Source: Trichoplax sp. H2 (Eukaryota). From it: DNA of 64,000 nucleotides. The stretch lies in the NCBI GenBank assembly GCA_003344405.1, contig NOWV01000232.1, positions 1 to 64,000 of the forward strand. Reading direction: 5' to 3'. Numbering within the stretch: the first letter of the stretch is position 1; every line of letters starts with the position of its first letter. The position numbers and the translations under genes were made by a program. The notes beneath the pieces were generated by a model that was not told where the DNA came from, made no database searches, and saw nothing but the letters and a program-made list of their open reading frames with translations. Below are positions 38,565-51,800 of this stretch, one piece after another.

Positions 38565-41500
38565 TTAAATCGTCGACAATTCCAACTTCGTTAGATCATT
38601 GATGATCTACAAAAGGAAAAATAAAAAAATTAGTCATTAAAATTTTAATGTTGCTTTTGAAATCCCATATCGCTCATGAGATATTCATACTGTATAACCT
38701 GCTCAGGCGTAGACATTATTTGTTTAGCTAAATCCCTCCTTTCAACGAAGCCAAGATGGAAGTAACGTTTTAAGAGATCACCATCTAATATATTTCTCAT
38801 CGAATTTTGTAACTTTTTTTGATGAGATCGAAAAGTTCTAAAAAATAATATGTATGATAATAGATCACTTCATAATAATTTGTTTATTATGTTAGCATCT
38901 ATATTTTTTATTAAAGATACCTAAAAGCTTTTTGGTTTAATCCAGCATTTTGCTCAAGATATATAGATAATTTCGCCTGTAAACTAAACAAACGTCGATA
39001 TTCTTTTTCATCTACCGGTAAAAGTAATCCAATACTACCATCAAGTGTACCTTGAATGAGAAATAGCATTTTATTAGGATTCAATTTTACACAACTAGCT
39101 TACGTATGTAAATAAAAAGTAATATGCATACCAAACCAAGTTATGTGCTTATTCTCGTTCTGTCTTTGATTTAATGCCCGTACTTTGGTCCTGAAAAATG
39201 CATGTGCGTTACTTCCTGTTTGAATTTCAGCACGTCTAACTAAAAATTGACCGCCATGACTTTCAGGAGCTAAATCAATGAGAAAAACCCAATATAAAAG
39301 TTGAAATAGTATACATCATAGCAATAACTTTTACAAGCTGAATGTAAAGAACATTGTTTTTTACCTAAAGCTGAATGATGGAATAAAGATATATTTTGTT
39401 CTGTATCGGATACTGTTACACGAGTTTATTACAACGTTAGATAAGAAACGTCACGATGATAACAAATTTTTTGGAAAATTCAAATGAATTACCTACAAAT
39501 CCTAACTGATTTTTATTTACATAAAAATTGGTATTAAATATTTCTAATTGATGGCGATCCTAGAATGAAATATAAGAAAAATTTGTAAAAACTACCAATG
39601 TGTTTGCTGCAATACATATAAAATTGATAAATATAATTGTCACTTACACGGCTTACTAGCGATAGCGTCCTATATTTAACCTTGCATCGAGTTGTGATAG
39701 CACAATGAATATTTTACGTAATGGTTATAATTAGCACAATTAAACATTGCAGAATAATAAACGAACGAAATATGAAAGCAATAAAACTTACTTGAAATCG
39801 AAATAAAGAAATACTCTTTTGAATATCGGCCGCCAAAATAAAATTTCTAATGCTTACCAAGGAGTGTATATAAATTAGAGTATCGATAAACGCCATACCG
39901 ATAAGATCTTTATTATCCCGAAACTCCCATATATAAATCTTATGGGTTAAGAAAGATGAGATTCAATCGCTAAAATTATTAGACATTAATTTCGAATACT
40001 GTAGCTGTGTTACCTTCTGACCAATACTCGTCACTAAGAAGCCCTCAACACATGTAATAGCGGTAACAGGACCTTTCTGTTCTTTGTCGTAATAGGTCTA
40101 CAGTTTCGATAAATTTTGACAAGAACATTACCAAAGTAGATTTCAAACACTTGAAAAATTACTTGATAGCACCTTGATTTTGTTCTTTGTTAACGGTTTT
40201 CCAGGTTCAGGAACAACTTCAATAACGTCAAAAATTACAATCTATGATAGAATTGAATAAATAACTAAGTTGACAAACTGCAACTTCCATCGCATTTATA
40301 TATCAGAAGCTCTATTACCCGGCCACGGCAGGCAACCTCTTCGCCACAAACATTTGTTGTTCCAACAGCAATAAACTCTTTCAAACCGCTGACTGTTTCT
40401 TCACTCTTTAGTTTAACACTTTTAAGGCAAGTTACGTGTTCCCATTCTGCCATCTGAATTCTAATGCAATTTATGTGTATATTGCAGTATTAATTGATCT
40501 GGAAATTTTTCAAAGTATTACTGTATTACTATTAACTAACTCTGCATCTGGAATAATCTCCCATGTTTCTGAGGTTATTAACTGTAAGCAAAATTTTTCG
40601 ACTGGAGCGTGAATAAATCTGTCGCCTAAGGAAAACTGAACATTAGACTTTTATAGATGATATTGCAACTAAATTAGAAATTATAACAGTGCTAAGTATA
40701 AAAAATGGTGTTGAACATAGTAACTGTAAGACTTGCGATACCTTTTTCTACTGGAATAAACTCCTTATCTTCAGTTGTGATATGAGGCATTTTCTCGCAT
40801 ACCGTCATCGTACTTGAAATAATCACGTAAGTTTTAGTGACAAAATGATGTGTAATAAAATGTAGGGTATTTCTTAATGGAACTTTATGAACCGGCCATG
40901 GACAATCATATGTAAAGCGTTGGTCTAACACACAGATTCTAAGATCTTCCTAAGTACGGTATAGTAATAGATTATTAGGATAATGTGAAGTCGAATTATA
41001 TATTATAGGAAATCACGTACCTCACTGTTGAAATATAGAAAGCCGTTAGGGCAGTTTGCAATGTTAAATGGTGCAAAGCACTTAACATATCCATCAACTA
41101 CCATAGAGTGGATACAAAGTTCTCCACGCGATGTCATTAAAAGCCAATGCGGAAAATTTCCACAAATAAATACCTACATATTGACATTCTTTTAGTTTCA
41201 TAACAACCATTTCTCTTCGCTAATCTATAACATTAATGAAACTATATTTCCTAAAATATACTCCATAAGTTAATCCATACCCCAGAATAGTTAGCAATAT
41301 TTTCAAAGTATCTCAGTAAGGATCCAGTTCCTGGAAAGTTACAATCTCCATTACACAGGTACTCATATTTTATATTATTGCATAAGCTTCGTACGAACAT
41401 AGCCGAATGAAATGTTTAAGCCTTATATAAGAGTATGAACCTAAAGTTGACAGTCCCATGCTGCCTCCAGCTGGAGCTCTAGTTTCTGTTAGCTGAATTT

Positions 41501-44500
41501 CATGAGGTACCTAATATCACGTAGATAAATTATTTATAGTTTATTATATGACACTTGTACTGATAGCTTAATTAGCAACATTATAGGTTAACCTTTCTAA
41601 ATTTTAATCGCAACGTATTATTTATTTCTGTTGTTGACGGAAATGCTTCATAAATTATGATGTCTTGATCGATATGTGTCTATTGATAATACGTGGTGGA
41701 GTCCAAAGTATTAATTGATTTTTAACAATTTAAAAATATTTTCAAAAAGTCACATAAAATACTTACTACAATCAAGATCTTTCTCTGTTCGTAGCCCATC
41801 CCAACCACCAAAATCTCATTAACGTGAGGCATATTACCAGTAGATCGAACGCCATCAGTATTACTAGTTGATTACAAGTAGAGAAGTTAATAGCTTCTAG
41901 AATGCATACTGATCTAGCCTTTCTATATAGCTATTATTTTTATTTTTACCTGTAGCTATCTTCATCATCACTAGTAGCAGCTAATATCAAAGGAGCAAGA
42001 GCAAAGCCATTTACAGTATAAACTTTATCATAAGATGGAATTGAGTAGACCTAAATGTTATTATTAGAGAAGGCCGTTTTATAATTTTTCTATGTTTCAA
42101 ATATGAAGTAATACTAATCCACGAGTAGGTTCAATACCTCTAGTTTTCCATTATCTAAACATAAGAATAACCAGTAGCTAACTTTTCGCTCCAAATTATC
42201 TGTGTAAGATCTGTAGAAAGTAGGTAAAAAATGTCAAGAGCCGGAAAGAATTATTATCGTTGAATAAATAGGCTCACGTCGATGCGACTGGTACATCATT
42301 TGGTTGAAGGTTAGTATCATTGACATCAAGATACAATAATTCATCATCGTCAATGGTAAATTTTCTAATTTGCATCAAATAAATGAGGAGGGAGATTTAG
42401 TTAGATTTAAGATGACGATAAAACTGTAAAGGTATTTACTATATAGCTACTAACTCATCTTCCATCAATTCTGCAGGTTCATTCGTTGGGCTTGGAGTAC
42501 GTATTGATATACCATCAGAAACTGACATCCTACCATTGTTGTCTTGAAATAGGCAGCAAGCCGCTATTCTAGAATGCTGCAGAAATAGACACACCAAGCA
42601 GTTCCTTTTAAAATAATTAAATAATGGAAGATGCAAAAATTTACACGGAACTTACATTTAGCGGAGTCGTGTTGACCAACTTTACTTGTTTTTCTCCGTT
42701 ATCGCTTAATTCAAAAGCTAACATCATGATACTACCACCCTCTAACAACAGAGAAATGTAAGGATCTTGCAAGGAACAAAATACTATCGGGCTCTCATTT
42801 TCTAATTCTAATTGTTGTATCTTTTCTCCTACATTGTAATAATAGAATACGTAAGACCGCTAACAATGCACTTCAAAACGAAAATATTTTTAAGCCCTAA
42901 CCTTTAGAGACGAGAATCACTTCGTAGGGTGTTACCTAATTCGTGCAAAACACATATTAAGTATCGTTATGACTTAGCGAATAACTTAATAGTAATCTAG
43001 TATAGTTATTTGTATCATTTGTTGTACTTGAATAATGCAGTTGCCGTTGTCTAAATTGCCAGCAAATACAGTTTTCGTCTGAGTCAAAAATCCAAGCTGT
43101 TCTACTTCGGTTATTTCTTTGCCCGTACGTAAAATCTATATACATATAATGTGAAAATTACAAAAGTGCCAATTATAATAAGAGTGATTATTAAATTTTT
43201 TACCATGGTCAAATTGTCCCGGCTAATAATCAAAAATTTGTGAGTATTTTCAGTTTCAAAATCACCATCATTTTCATCGTTTAACTGGTAATGTAAAAAT
43301 AGACAAAATATTGCAAATAAAAGAAATGATAAATGAATGTTGCATGCACCTGTAAACTGATACCTTAGTGTATATATTCGTTCTACTTACTCGAATATCT
43401 TTTACAGTCCACATATCAACACATCCTGGTAAGTCGTAAGACGCAACAACTTGCGGCTTAATGCCTTTATTCAGTACCGACAAAGCACCATTCTTATCAT
43501 GACCAGAGCATATTACAACTTCTACATCGGACTCTTCTTGTACAAACTACATAAATAGTTGATTTCACATTTTTCAATCAAAATTCAATAAAGGCTTTAT
43601 CTTCATAATTAGTGTTTAAATCTTTCTTACTTCATCCTGTTGATACGATTTTCGAAGAATTGCATCCATTGATAATGATAATACGTCGGAATGGGAAGCA
43701 AAAGTACATTTCAAATGAGCAGTTACATACGTAAAAATATATCGTTTAAGTTACAGTAAAGGTATTTTATGCTTACAGTTGATATTTGACCAATTGCTAT
43801 ACTTGCACACGGACCAACGTGGAGAATTCTGTCGCAAACCTGGAAATAATATGCTTAAGAAATGATTATCCCAGTACATTACTACGTTACTGAACACTTT
43901 ACAGATCATTAAATAACCTCAAAAGTATATGACCGCAAATAGGATTCTTTAGCAGTGCAACTGGTATGAGCACTATACAATTTCTCCAATTCTTCATCTT
44001 CCTTTTCGTCGTCTACATATTACCAACAGAATATAATCAGTTCACCCAAAAAAATATTTTATAAATGCAAATTAAAGTTTCATTACCCGTTCGTAATTTC
44101 TTCGATGTTGGTTCATCAGTATCTTGCGTCTATCCAGTAGCATCGTGTAAAATGTGTAAAATGTTATGAAATGTTTGTATTTGAAGATCTAAAAATATTA
44201 GCAATTTCTAAGAAAAATAATTTTGTTCCTACTTCTGGAGTATTTGGCGCTAGATCAGCATCATCTATGAGATAAAATAATAAAAGCAGTTGTCATTATC
44301 CCAATAACAAGATTATAATGTAATTGTAAATTGCATATGTTACATCTTTCGACTAATTCCTCCGATGTTTTTTCGTGTTTTAATAATAGCGAATTAGCAA
44401 GCCGGGATCCTAGAAAAATAAGTTTGGGACCAATACTACAAATCTACAAAATTGAATTAAGACATTGAATAGTTTAACATTTCTTTGGTCAAGTAAACCG

Positions 44501-46956
44501 TAGTATATTAATTCATGAATTAATTAATTATTACGTACACAAGATGTGATTACACAGTTCACCGCCTTGCGAAAGTTGAATGATTTTACATTATACATAG
44601 CATCAGTGATTAAACTCAGGACAACTCTAAAAGTGGTTAAGAAATCAAGTAAATTGGTGATAAGAAAGAGTAATATTTTCGTTACGAGTCAATATTTGGA
44701 AATAAGCGTTACGCACAAATCACCATTCTTTAGACCGACAACGAGTTGATTATTATTTATGAAGGTAGCATGAGAACAGTCTAATGATAAAGTCATATCT
44801 TGGATACCTAGTTAGAATATATATAATGGCATAGCATGAGTGTCATTCTATTTTGATTACTAACATCTTAAGTTGTAAAGCATTAGATACATCAGAATTT
44901 TCAATTAATGATGCATACGCATAGGAAAGGTGGTCGATTCATCGGTGATGCTATTAAGAGATTCTGCATATGGAGGTTTGCTTTGATTTAAGTGCAGCAA
45001 GCAATTAGCAGCAAATATCAGTACACCACCTGAAAAAATTTTTAGAATTTACCATTTTTCAAAAAGAAATTTTTAAACATACTCTATATAGATATTACCT
45101 ATAGGTCTTGGAACAGTAATTGCACCCAAACAGTCAAAGGGTAAGTTATTCAATGACCAAATAACAGGATGGACTTTATCAATAGTATTTAGTGATACAG
45201 CCAATATTGAACATGTATCTTGTCTAACGGCAACACGTCTGCAAGATAGTAAAGAAAATTTGCTATAATATGACCAATACATTAGGTTATTAACTATTTG
45301 TTGCTTATAATACAAACTAGTAGTATATATTTTTACTTCACTATGTAATAATCATACTCTAAAAAAATTGAGCTTACCCAGACCATGTACGAAGTATTTC
45401 ACACAAGATTAATATTGTAGGTTCGTAATAACCTTCGAGAAAGCGAATATCGATAAGCCGACTAACTTTTTCGTTACCCAAATCGCGTACATCAACAACA
45501 TACGACGGCATCAAAGGATACTTGCCACTATATTTTCAAATCAATCCATTATATTAGAGTAAATTGAAAGGTATGACAAAACAGCTGATGTTGTGTGTTG
45601 AATTCATACTCAAGACAAAAGTAGTACGCATACCTTGTATTTTTAGGATCAATTTGTACTTGCTGTTCTGCTGGTCCTCGATGTCGAAAAGGTAATATTG
45701 CAAGATGTACGTTACTGACAACCATGGCAGCACATCGATTATCAGGATCAACTCGAATGATAGGTATAGAAAGATTGCGAGAAAATCCGTTCTGAAATAG
45801 AGATAAGATTTTTAGAGTATATACTGTTGTCCATTAAATCATCCTTGAATAGTCCAATAGGAACTATACAATTGGACGTACCTTTAATTCGTCATCTTCG
45901 AATGTATGCAGTGATAACGTTGTTAAATTGCTATTATCAGCGTCATATTCTACAAGTGATAGCTATATGTGATAAAGTTGAGAAGATGTTTAGGATTTGT
46001 CATGGAATACTGTGTATGACAGTATCTTGTTACTGTACGAGCAACGAAGTAATCAAGTCATGACGATCATTGTCGTGGTATAAAAACGTTCATTAATAAT
46101 TACCTTAGCATCGGCAAAACAAATAAATAGCGAATCACGATGATGATGTCGAAATCGTACAGATTCTATGCCATAAATTTTGCCATAAAAGGAATAGCTG
46201 GCTAGGAATTCTAATTCAGGATGGAGTTTATTGTCTGTGGAGTGAAAATACGGCATTACATTTTATGCTGTAGATCTCTTTTTAGCATATACCGCCGTGG
46301 CAATGCTTTCAGTTAAATTACTTAGCAGCAGCACCTTTGTTAAGGTGATTGTCAGCATTATCACTTCTATTATCTAAATCGATGTCTTCTTGGTCCTAGA
46401 ATAGGATAGAAACAAATATACTGTCTGTATCAGATTGATGTTACCAGGATAATATCATTAGTAGTACAATCTTGCAAGAGGTTATAGATCGTAAACATGT
46501 TGATAGAGTTGATTTGAGCAAATTAGAAGAGTTGTGGCCTAAATTGACTAGACAATCGACATTGGCTATCTCTCAAGCTGATGTTGCGATACAGTATAAT
46601 GATCGTAAATAGTGTTTAATGAGAATAAAAATAGAAACTAATTTATTTATTGCCCTGAAATAGACCAGCATGCAATTACTACCTTAGTACAACTAGATTA
46701 GTCAACATGCTAGTAGAATCGATCGAGCATCATCCACCGTGCAATCTAGTCATCTAGCTCTTGTCATTGTTGAAGCCTTGACAAGTCGAGTTGTAGGATT
46801 GTATTTATTCTATCGTCATACCTTAATGATATCATATACACGGATGCATGTTGGACCTGCTGTTAAAAGATTTAATCGATCCGAGGAATAAAAATGGCAA
46901 GCTAAGCAATGATTAACAGCAGTTGGAGGATAACTTTCTTTATAGCAAGCGTACAT
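38565..46956 (-). CDS. CPSF1: Cleavage and polyadenylation specificity factor subunit 1 (CPSF160), multi-exon
   Basis: Begins [14 protein letters not shown]... Later motifs: [113 protein letters not shown]. Ends [13 protein letters not shown]. Many short GT-AG introns. Confidence 0.95.
43631..43636 (-). CDS. CPSF1: Candidate 6-nt microexon (Asp-Glu) of CPSF1
   Basis: Minus strand caacag|GATGAA|gtaaga lies between phase-0 exons ...GQIST and FVQEE... Confidence 0.55.
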
Positions 46957-47066
46957 GATGATGCCGACATTAAAACGCTTCAAGACGGAGACTCTCGATT
47001 GCGCAGGAATGAGCTATCGAGTTAACCATGCACCGAGGATGCAGTCGGATAGCAGGTCTGGTGACG

Positions 47067-47905
47067 ATTGTACTGTACACTGTAGGGTATGTACAGTACG
47101 TACAGTACAGTACAGTACAGTACTGTACTGTGTTCTACAGTACTTCCACTGTAGTCATCTTTTGTTAGTTTCTATGGTAGTTTTCCAATACAGAGCCAAA
47201 AGCGCTGTCTCCTTCGATACTGTACTAGTTGTACAGTACAGCACACAGCATACATAGTACACTGTACTGTAGTCTACGATACTTAGCATTATAACCAGGA
47301 CTGTACACTGTAACAACCGTGTCGCAGGTTCGTACAACTCAGCTAGCATGTTACCAGTAGAGGTGTCGCCAGCATACAGTAGTCCAGGTACAGTACAGTA
47401 CTGTACTGTATACTGTACACAGTAATACAGAGCCAAAAGCGTTGTCTCTACTTCGATACTGTACCAGTTGTACAATGTACAGTACAGTACAGTACAGTAC
47501 AGTAGGCCACAATACTTAACACTGTGAAACATGACTGTACTGTACTGTACACTGTACAATCGTGTTACCGGTTCGTACTGTGCTGTACAGTACAACTCAG
47601 CTCTCCTTCGATACAGTACTGTACTGTACAGTACTGTACTATAGACCACAATACTTAACACTGTAAACAGGACTGTACACTGTAACAACCGTGTTGCAGG
47701 TTCGTTACCGTTCGTACAACTCAGCTAGCATACTGTACAGTAGTACCGGTAGAGGTGTCGCCAGCATAGTCCAGGTACAGTACAGTACTGTACACTGTAC
47801 TGTACTGTACTCTGGCCAAATTCCCAACAGCATCTCCCTGACTGTCACCAATATCGCGCAAGCGTACGGTTGATCTGGCATAACTGTAGAGGTATAGTAT
47901 AGTAC
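47067..47905. repeat. (CAGTA)n/(TACTG)n satellite with higher-order repeated modules
   Basis: Pentamer runs occur in both orientations. AATACAGAGCCAAAAGCG..CTTCGATACTGTAC recurs at ~47187 and ~47424. CGTACAACTCAGCTAGCAT..AGAGGTGTCGCCAGCATA recurs at ~47331 and ~47713. Confidence 0.9.
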
Positions 47906-48208
47906 AGGAAAATGCCTCCAATGGGGCCCTACATTTAGTTTTTCTCTTCGCTCTATTAGATCAAAATATGAAAAAGTAATATACAAATGCTGCTCAGCTA
48001 CAGGGCTCCAGTTACCGGCTACAAACCCTCCCAATAGCATTGTCTTGTCATCTACCAATTTATAGTTTGAACCTCCTCGCAATTTTAGCTAGCTTGCTTC
48101 TAACTTTTTTTCCACTTATGAATGAAATTGATCGCTAGTACGTACTGTAAAGGTAAAGACAGGGACAGGGGCAAACGCTGAAATTCTGCTGTTATGCAGT
48201 AGATTATA

Positions 48209-48339
48209 CAGTCGAGGGATCCAGATTATAAGAAATGTATCATAATGTTAGCTAGACACTTCCATAGACACTTCCATAGGAGTGTCTAGCAAGTGTCTAG
48301 CTTAGGAAACCATTTTTTATATTCTGAATCCCTCCACTC
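48209..48339. mobile_element. 131-bp MITE, Tc1/mariner-like
   Basis: 29-bp terminal inverted repeats match at 24/29 positions and the left one starts CAGT. TA flanks both ends (48207-48208, 48340-48341). There is an internal inverted pair, TAGACACTTCC x2 and AGTGTCTAGC x2. Confidence 0.65.
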
Positions 48340-48846
48340 TACAGTATACTGTATATATAGATATAGATGTACTCGTACATACTGCTAAAATGAGTCAGTG
48401 ATGAATGAGCAAAAATCAAAATGAATGCTAGGAGAAATCTTCATACAGTATCGCCAGATGCAATTACTGTACAGTACAGTAGCGTATAGTTGTTCGTATA
48501 CTATACTATATCCTAAGTAGGTGATGCTGTCCTGGTACAGTATGCTGTACAATGATTCCCGCGTATCGTAATCATTCTTATACTTAACTGTATATTGAAC
48601 TAAATGTAAAATCAATTTCTTGGGGAGAGAGTTGAGAAAAAGTGGAAAAAAAACATTTCTTGACACTTTTATAGTATTGCAGTGGATCGATCCAGATCAT
48701 TCAGTATCAGTACTGTACTCTAATCTTATTCATTGGCTCAAAATTGATCATCTTGCTTGGCCTTTCCAGCGTAAATTAATTTATTCATTGTGATTGGATT
48801 TTATTTTCATTGATTGTAAAGGGACAGCAACACTTATATTGCAATC

Positions 48847-51800
48847 ATGACAACGGGAAAATATCGATTTGCAATTGATCGAGGTGGAACATTTACTGAT
48901 ATCTATGCCGAATGCCCTGCAGGTAAAATTACTACTATGAAATTACTCTCAGTTGATTCTGCATACAAAGATGCTCCTACCGAAGGTATCAGAAGAATAT
49001 TGCAACAGGTGCATAGAAAGTAAAGGATGAAATAGTGATCACATTTATGTTGATGCCATGTAGCCTAGCATTCATGATACCAATGGACTTTTGTGATACT
49101 GTATCTATATTATTTGTATATAGCATGAAGGCTATGATATCGATCCAGGTCAACCAATCAATACACAGAAGATTGAGTGGATTCGAATGGGAACAACGGT
49201 GGCTACCAATGCCTTGTTGGAAAGGAAGGGCAAAAGAATGGCTTTAGTTATTAATCGTGGATTTCGTCATCTGTTACACATTGGTAGTCAAGCTAGACCT
49301 CAAATTTTTGACTTGGTAATAGACTTAGGCGGATAATGTGCAATCAATTTTTATTTCATTGTAGCCGTATTAGCCACTGTATCAATTTCTGTCATAAATA
49401 GATTACACTGCAAGTAGACAAATAAAAAGGATTAGATGTCATTGGAACACCATAACATTTATAGATTGTATCATTGATTACTACGTTCATAGCATATTAG
49501 ATGGGTAAAGAAAAAATAATGGTTGCTATTAGTCCTACTACTATCATATTACCAATCCAATGAGGTCGTAGCATTCCTTAAACTTCAGAGTTGTACTAGT
49601 CTCGACTCTATAATTAAGTTACTTCTTAATGAACGAGCACAGTCTTGTAGGTAGTTTGAAGCCCAATTATCTTACTTCACAGAAAGCAATTTTCAGGCGT
49701 TTTCTCGTTTAGTAAATTGACTGTTTTCTAACATTCTTTTACTTTGACAATATCAGAAAATTGAATGCCCTACTAACCTTTATGAAGATATCGTTGAAGT
49801 GGATGAAAGAGTTGTACTAGATAGGCAGGATTGCTGTCTGGAGTGGTTGAAAAATAAACCTACTGTTGTAGGTAAAACCAATGAAAAGGTTCGTTATACA
49901 GGCAGTCTATTCATGTACAATTGAATTGTAAAACTAGATACTTGTTACCATCATAGTATCACAATTGATATCGAAATCTGTAGGATTTTTATCGCTAGCC
50001 TTTACTGTATTTTCCTTTTTAGTAGTGCTCAATGCTAGGGTATTATTTGGTAGCTTCATATTTCGCCTAAAGTACAGTAGTACACACCTTCTTTTTATAA
50101 TAATATGTATATCCTTGACAAGAGAATGAATGCTGGATACACTAAATTAATCACCTATTCCTCTTTGATATCTATAGCTTAAAATAGTTAAAGCCATTAA
50201 TGAAGAAGAGCTTAAAAGTGATTTACAGGTATAACCATGTAACTTAACTTTACCGGATGGATTCTTCATATCTCATATCTATAAAGATTTCAGTTATATG
50301 GTATCTTAACATTAACAATGCCATTCTATAGGTGTTTAACAGATATTTACAGTCAGACTGAATATTTTGCTTTATGCATATTCCTTTATAGAAAGTACTA
50401 GATAAAGGAATTTCTAGCCTAGCTGTTGTCCTCTTACATTCTTACACGTAATGAGCATCTTATCTGTGACTTATAAATCAACTTGCAGGTAGTGCAGACT
50501 GATTATATGTTGTTTACAAATTTAGCTTCGATGAACATGAGCGAAGAATTGGTAAAATTGCTCAACAAATGGGATTTGAACATGTTTCGCTTTCGTCTGA
50601 AGTTATGCCAATGTTACGAGCTGTACCAAGAGGATACACTGGTACGTACTATATTGGTTTTTATTGTCTACATTGTAGTTAATCTTAAAGCTGATTTGTA
50701 TTATTAATTCTTACCATAAATTTAAAAACACGATTATTTCTATATTGAATTTAGCTTGTGTGGATGCTTATTTGACACCCTGCATCGACGAATATATTCG
50801 AAATTTCACTTCTGGATTTGATGAAGGGTTAAAAGTAAAATGCGATATTACATGTGTATTTGTTAGATTTTTGTAGGACAGAATAACTGTACAAATGTGT
50901 AGTGCACTTATTCTATAATTTAACTATTACTCTTATGTTACTTAATAGAACGTAAGAGTACTCTTTATGCAATCTGATGGTGGTCTAACACCGGTCGACA
51001 AGTAAGTTTGCAACTATTTCTTTAATTATCGTAGTAGTAATTGTTATATGTATCCAACAAAAACAAAAGTCTACTTATGGATTTAATACATTTACTTTTA
51101 TTATGGTAAAATGTTGTCGAATTTAATAGTGATGATACTATATTTAGGTTTATTGGCTCGAGAGCTATTGTATCTGGACCTGCTGGAGGAGTGGTAGGTG
51201 GCTAGGTGTTGATAGAGAAAATTATTTATGCAAATTTAATATGCCGTAAGGATGTATGAGCACAGTATAAGATGTAAGTTAGGATATTAAATTTCTGCTA
51301 AGGTTGGGTATGCGGTGACATCATATGATAGTGAAACAGAAGTACCAGTAATTGGCTTCGATATGGGAGGTTAGTTGTCATTCTACTTTTACGTCGCGAA
51401 GTGCGTGTGTTATCAAGAAGGCCTATACGCTTGTGATTTAAAATGCAGGTACATCTACTGACGTATCAAGATATGCTGGAATAACTGAGCATGTTTTTGA
51501 AACGACCATTGCAGGAGTTACTATACAAGCACCGCAAGTATTTTTTATTTTTATTATCGAATTTAATAAATTATGGCGTAAAAAGCATCTCTTCGGAATT
51601 ATAGCTAGATATAAACACTGTTGCTGCTGGAGGAGGATCGAAACTATTTCTGATTTCTGGGGTTCTTACTGTTGGTCCAGAATCTGCCGGAGCTAATCCT
51701 GGTCCGGCTTGTTACGGTAGAGGTAAGAATATATTATTTTTGATCCGATAACTTTCTAGCATATTTTTCGCAATATATTTATCAAGTTTACTATATTACT

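Noticed and set aside
46396..46821. snoRNA in the long first intron of CPSF1 (and in the OPLAH intron 49316-49756)
   Set aside because: I found no convincing paired C/D or H/ACA boxes with terminal stems by eye.
46955..48082. ORFs of 60-177 aa rich in YSTV/TVLYC
   Set aside because: They are translations of the (CAGTA)n satellite.
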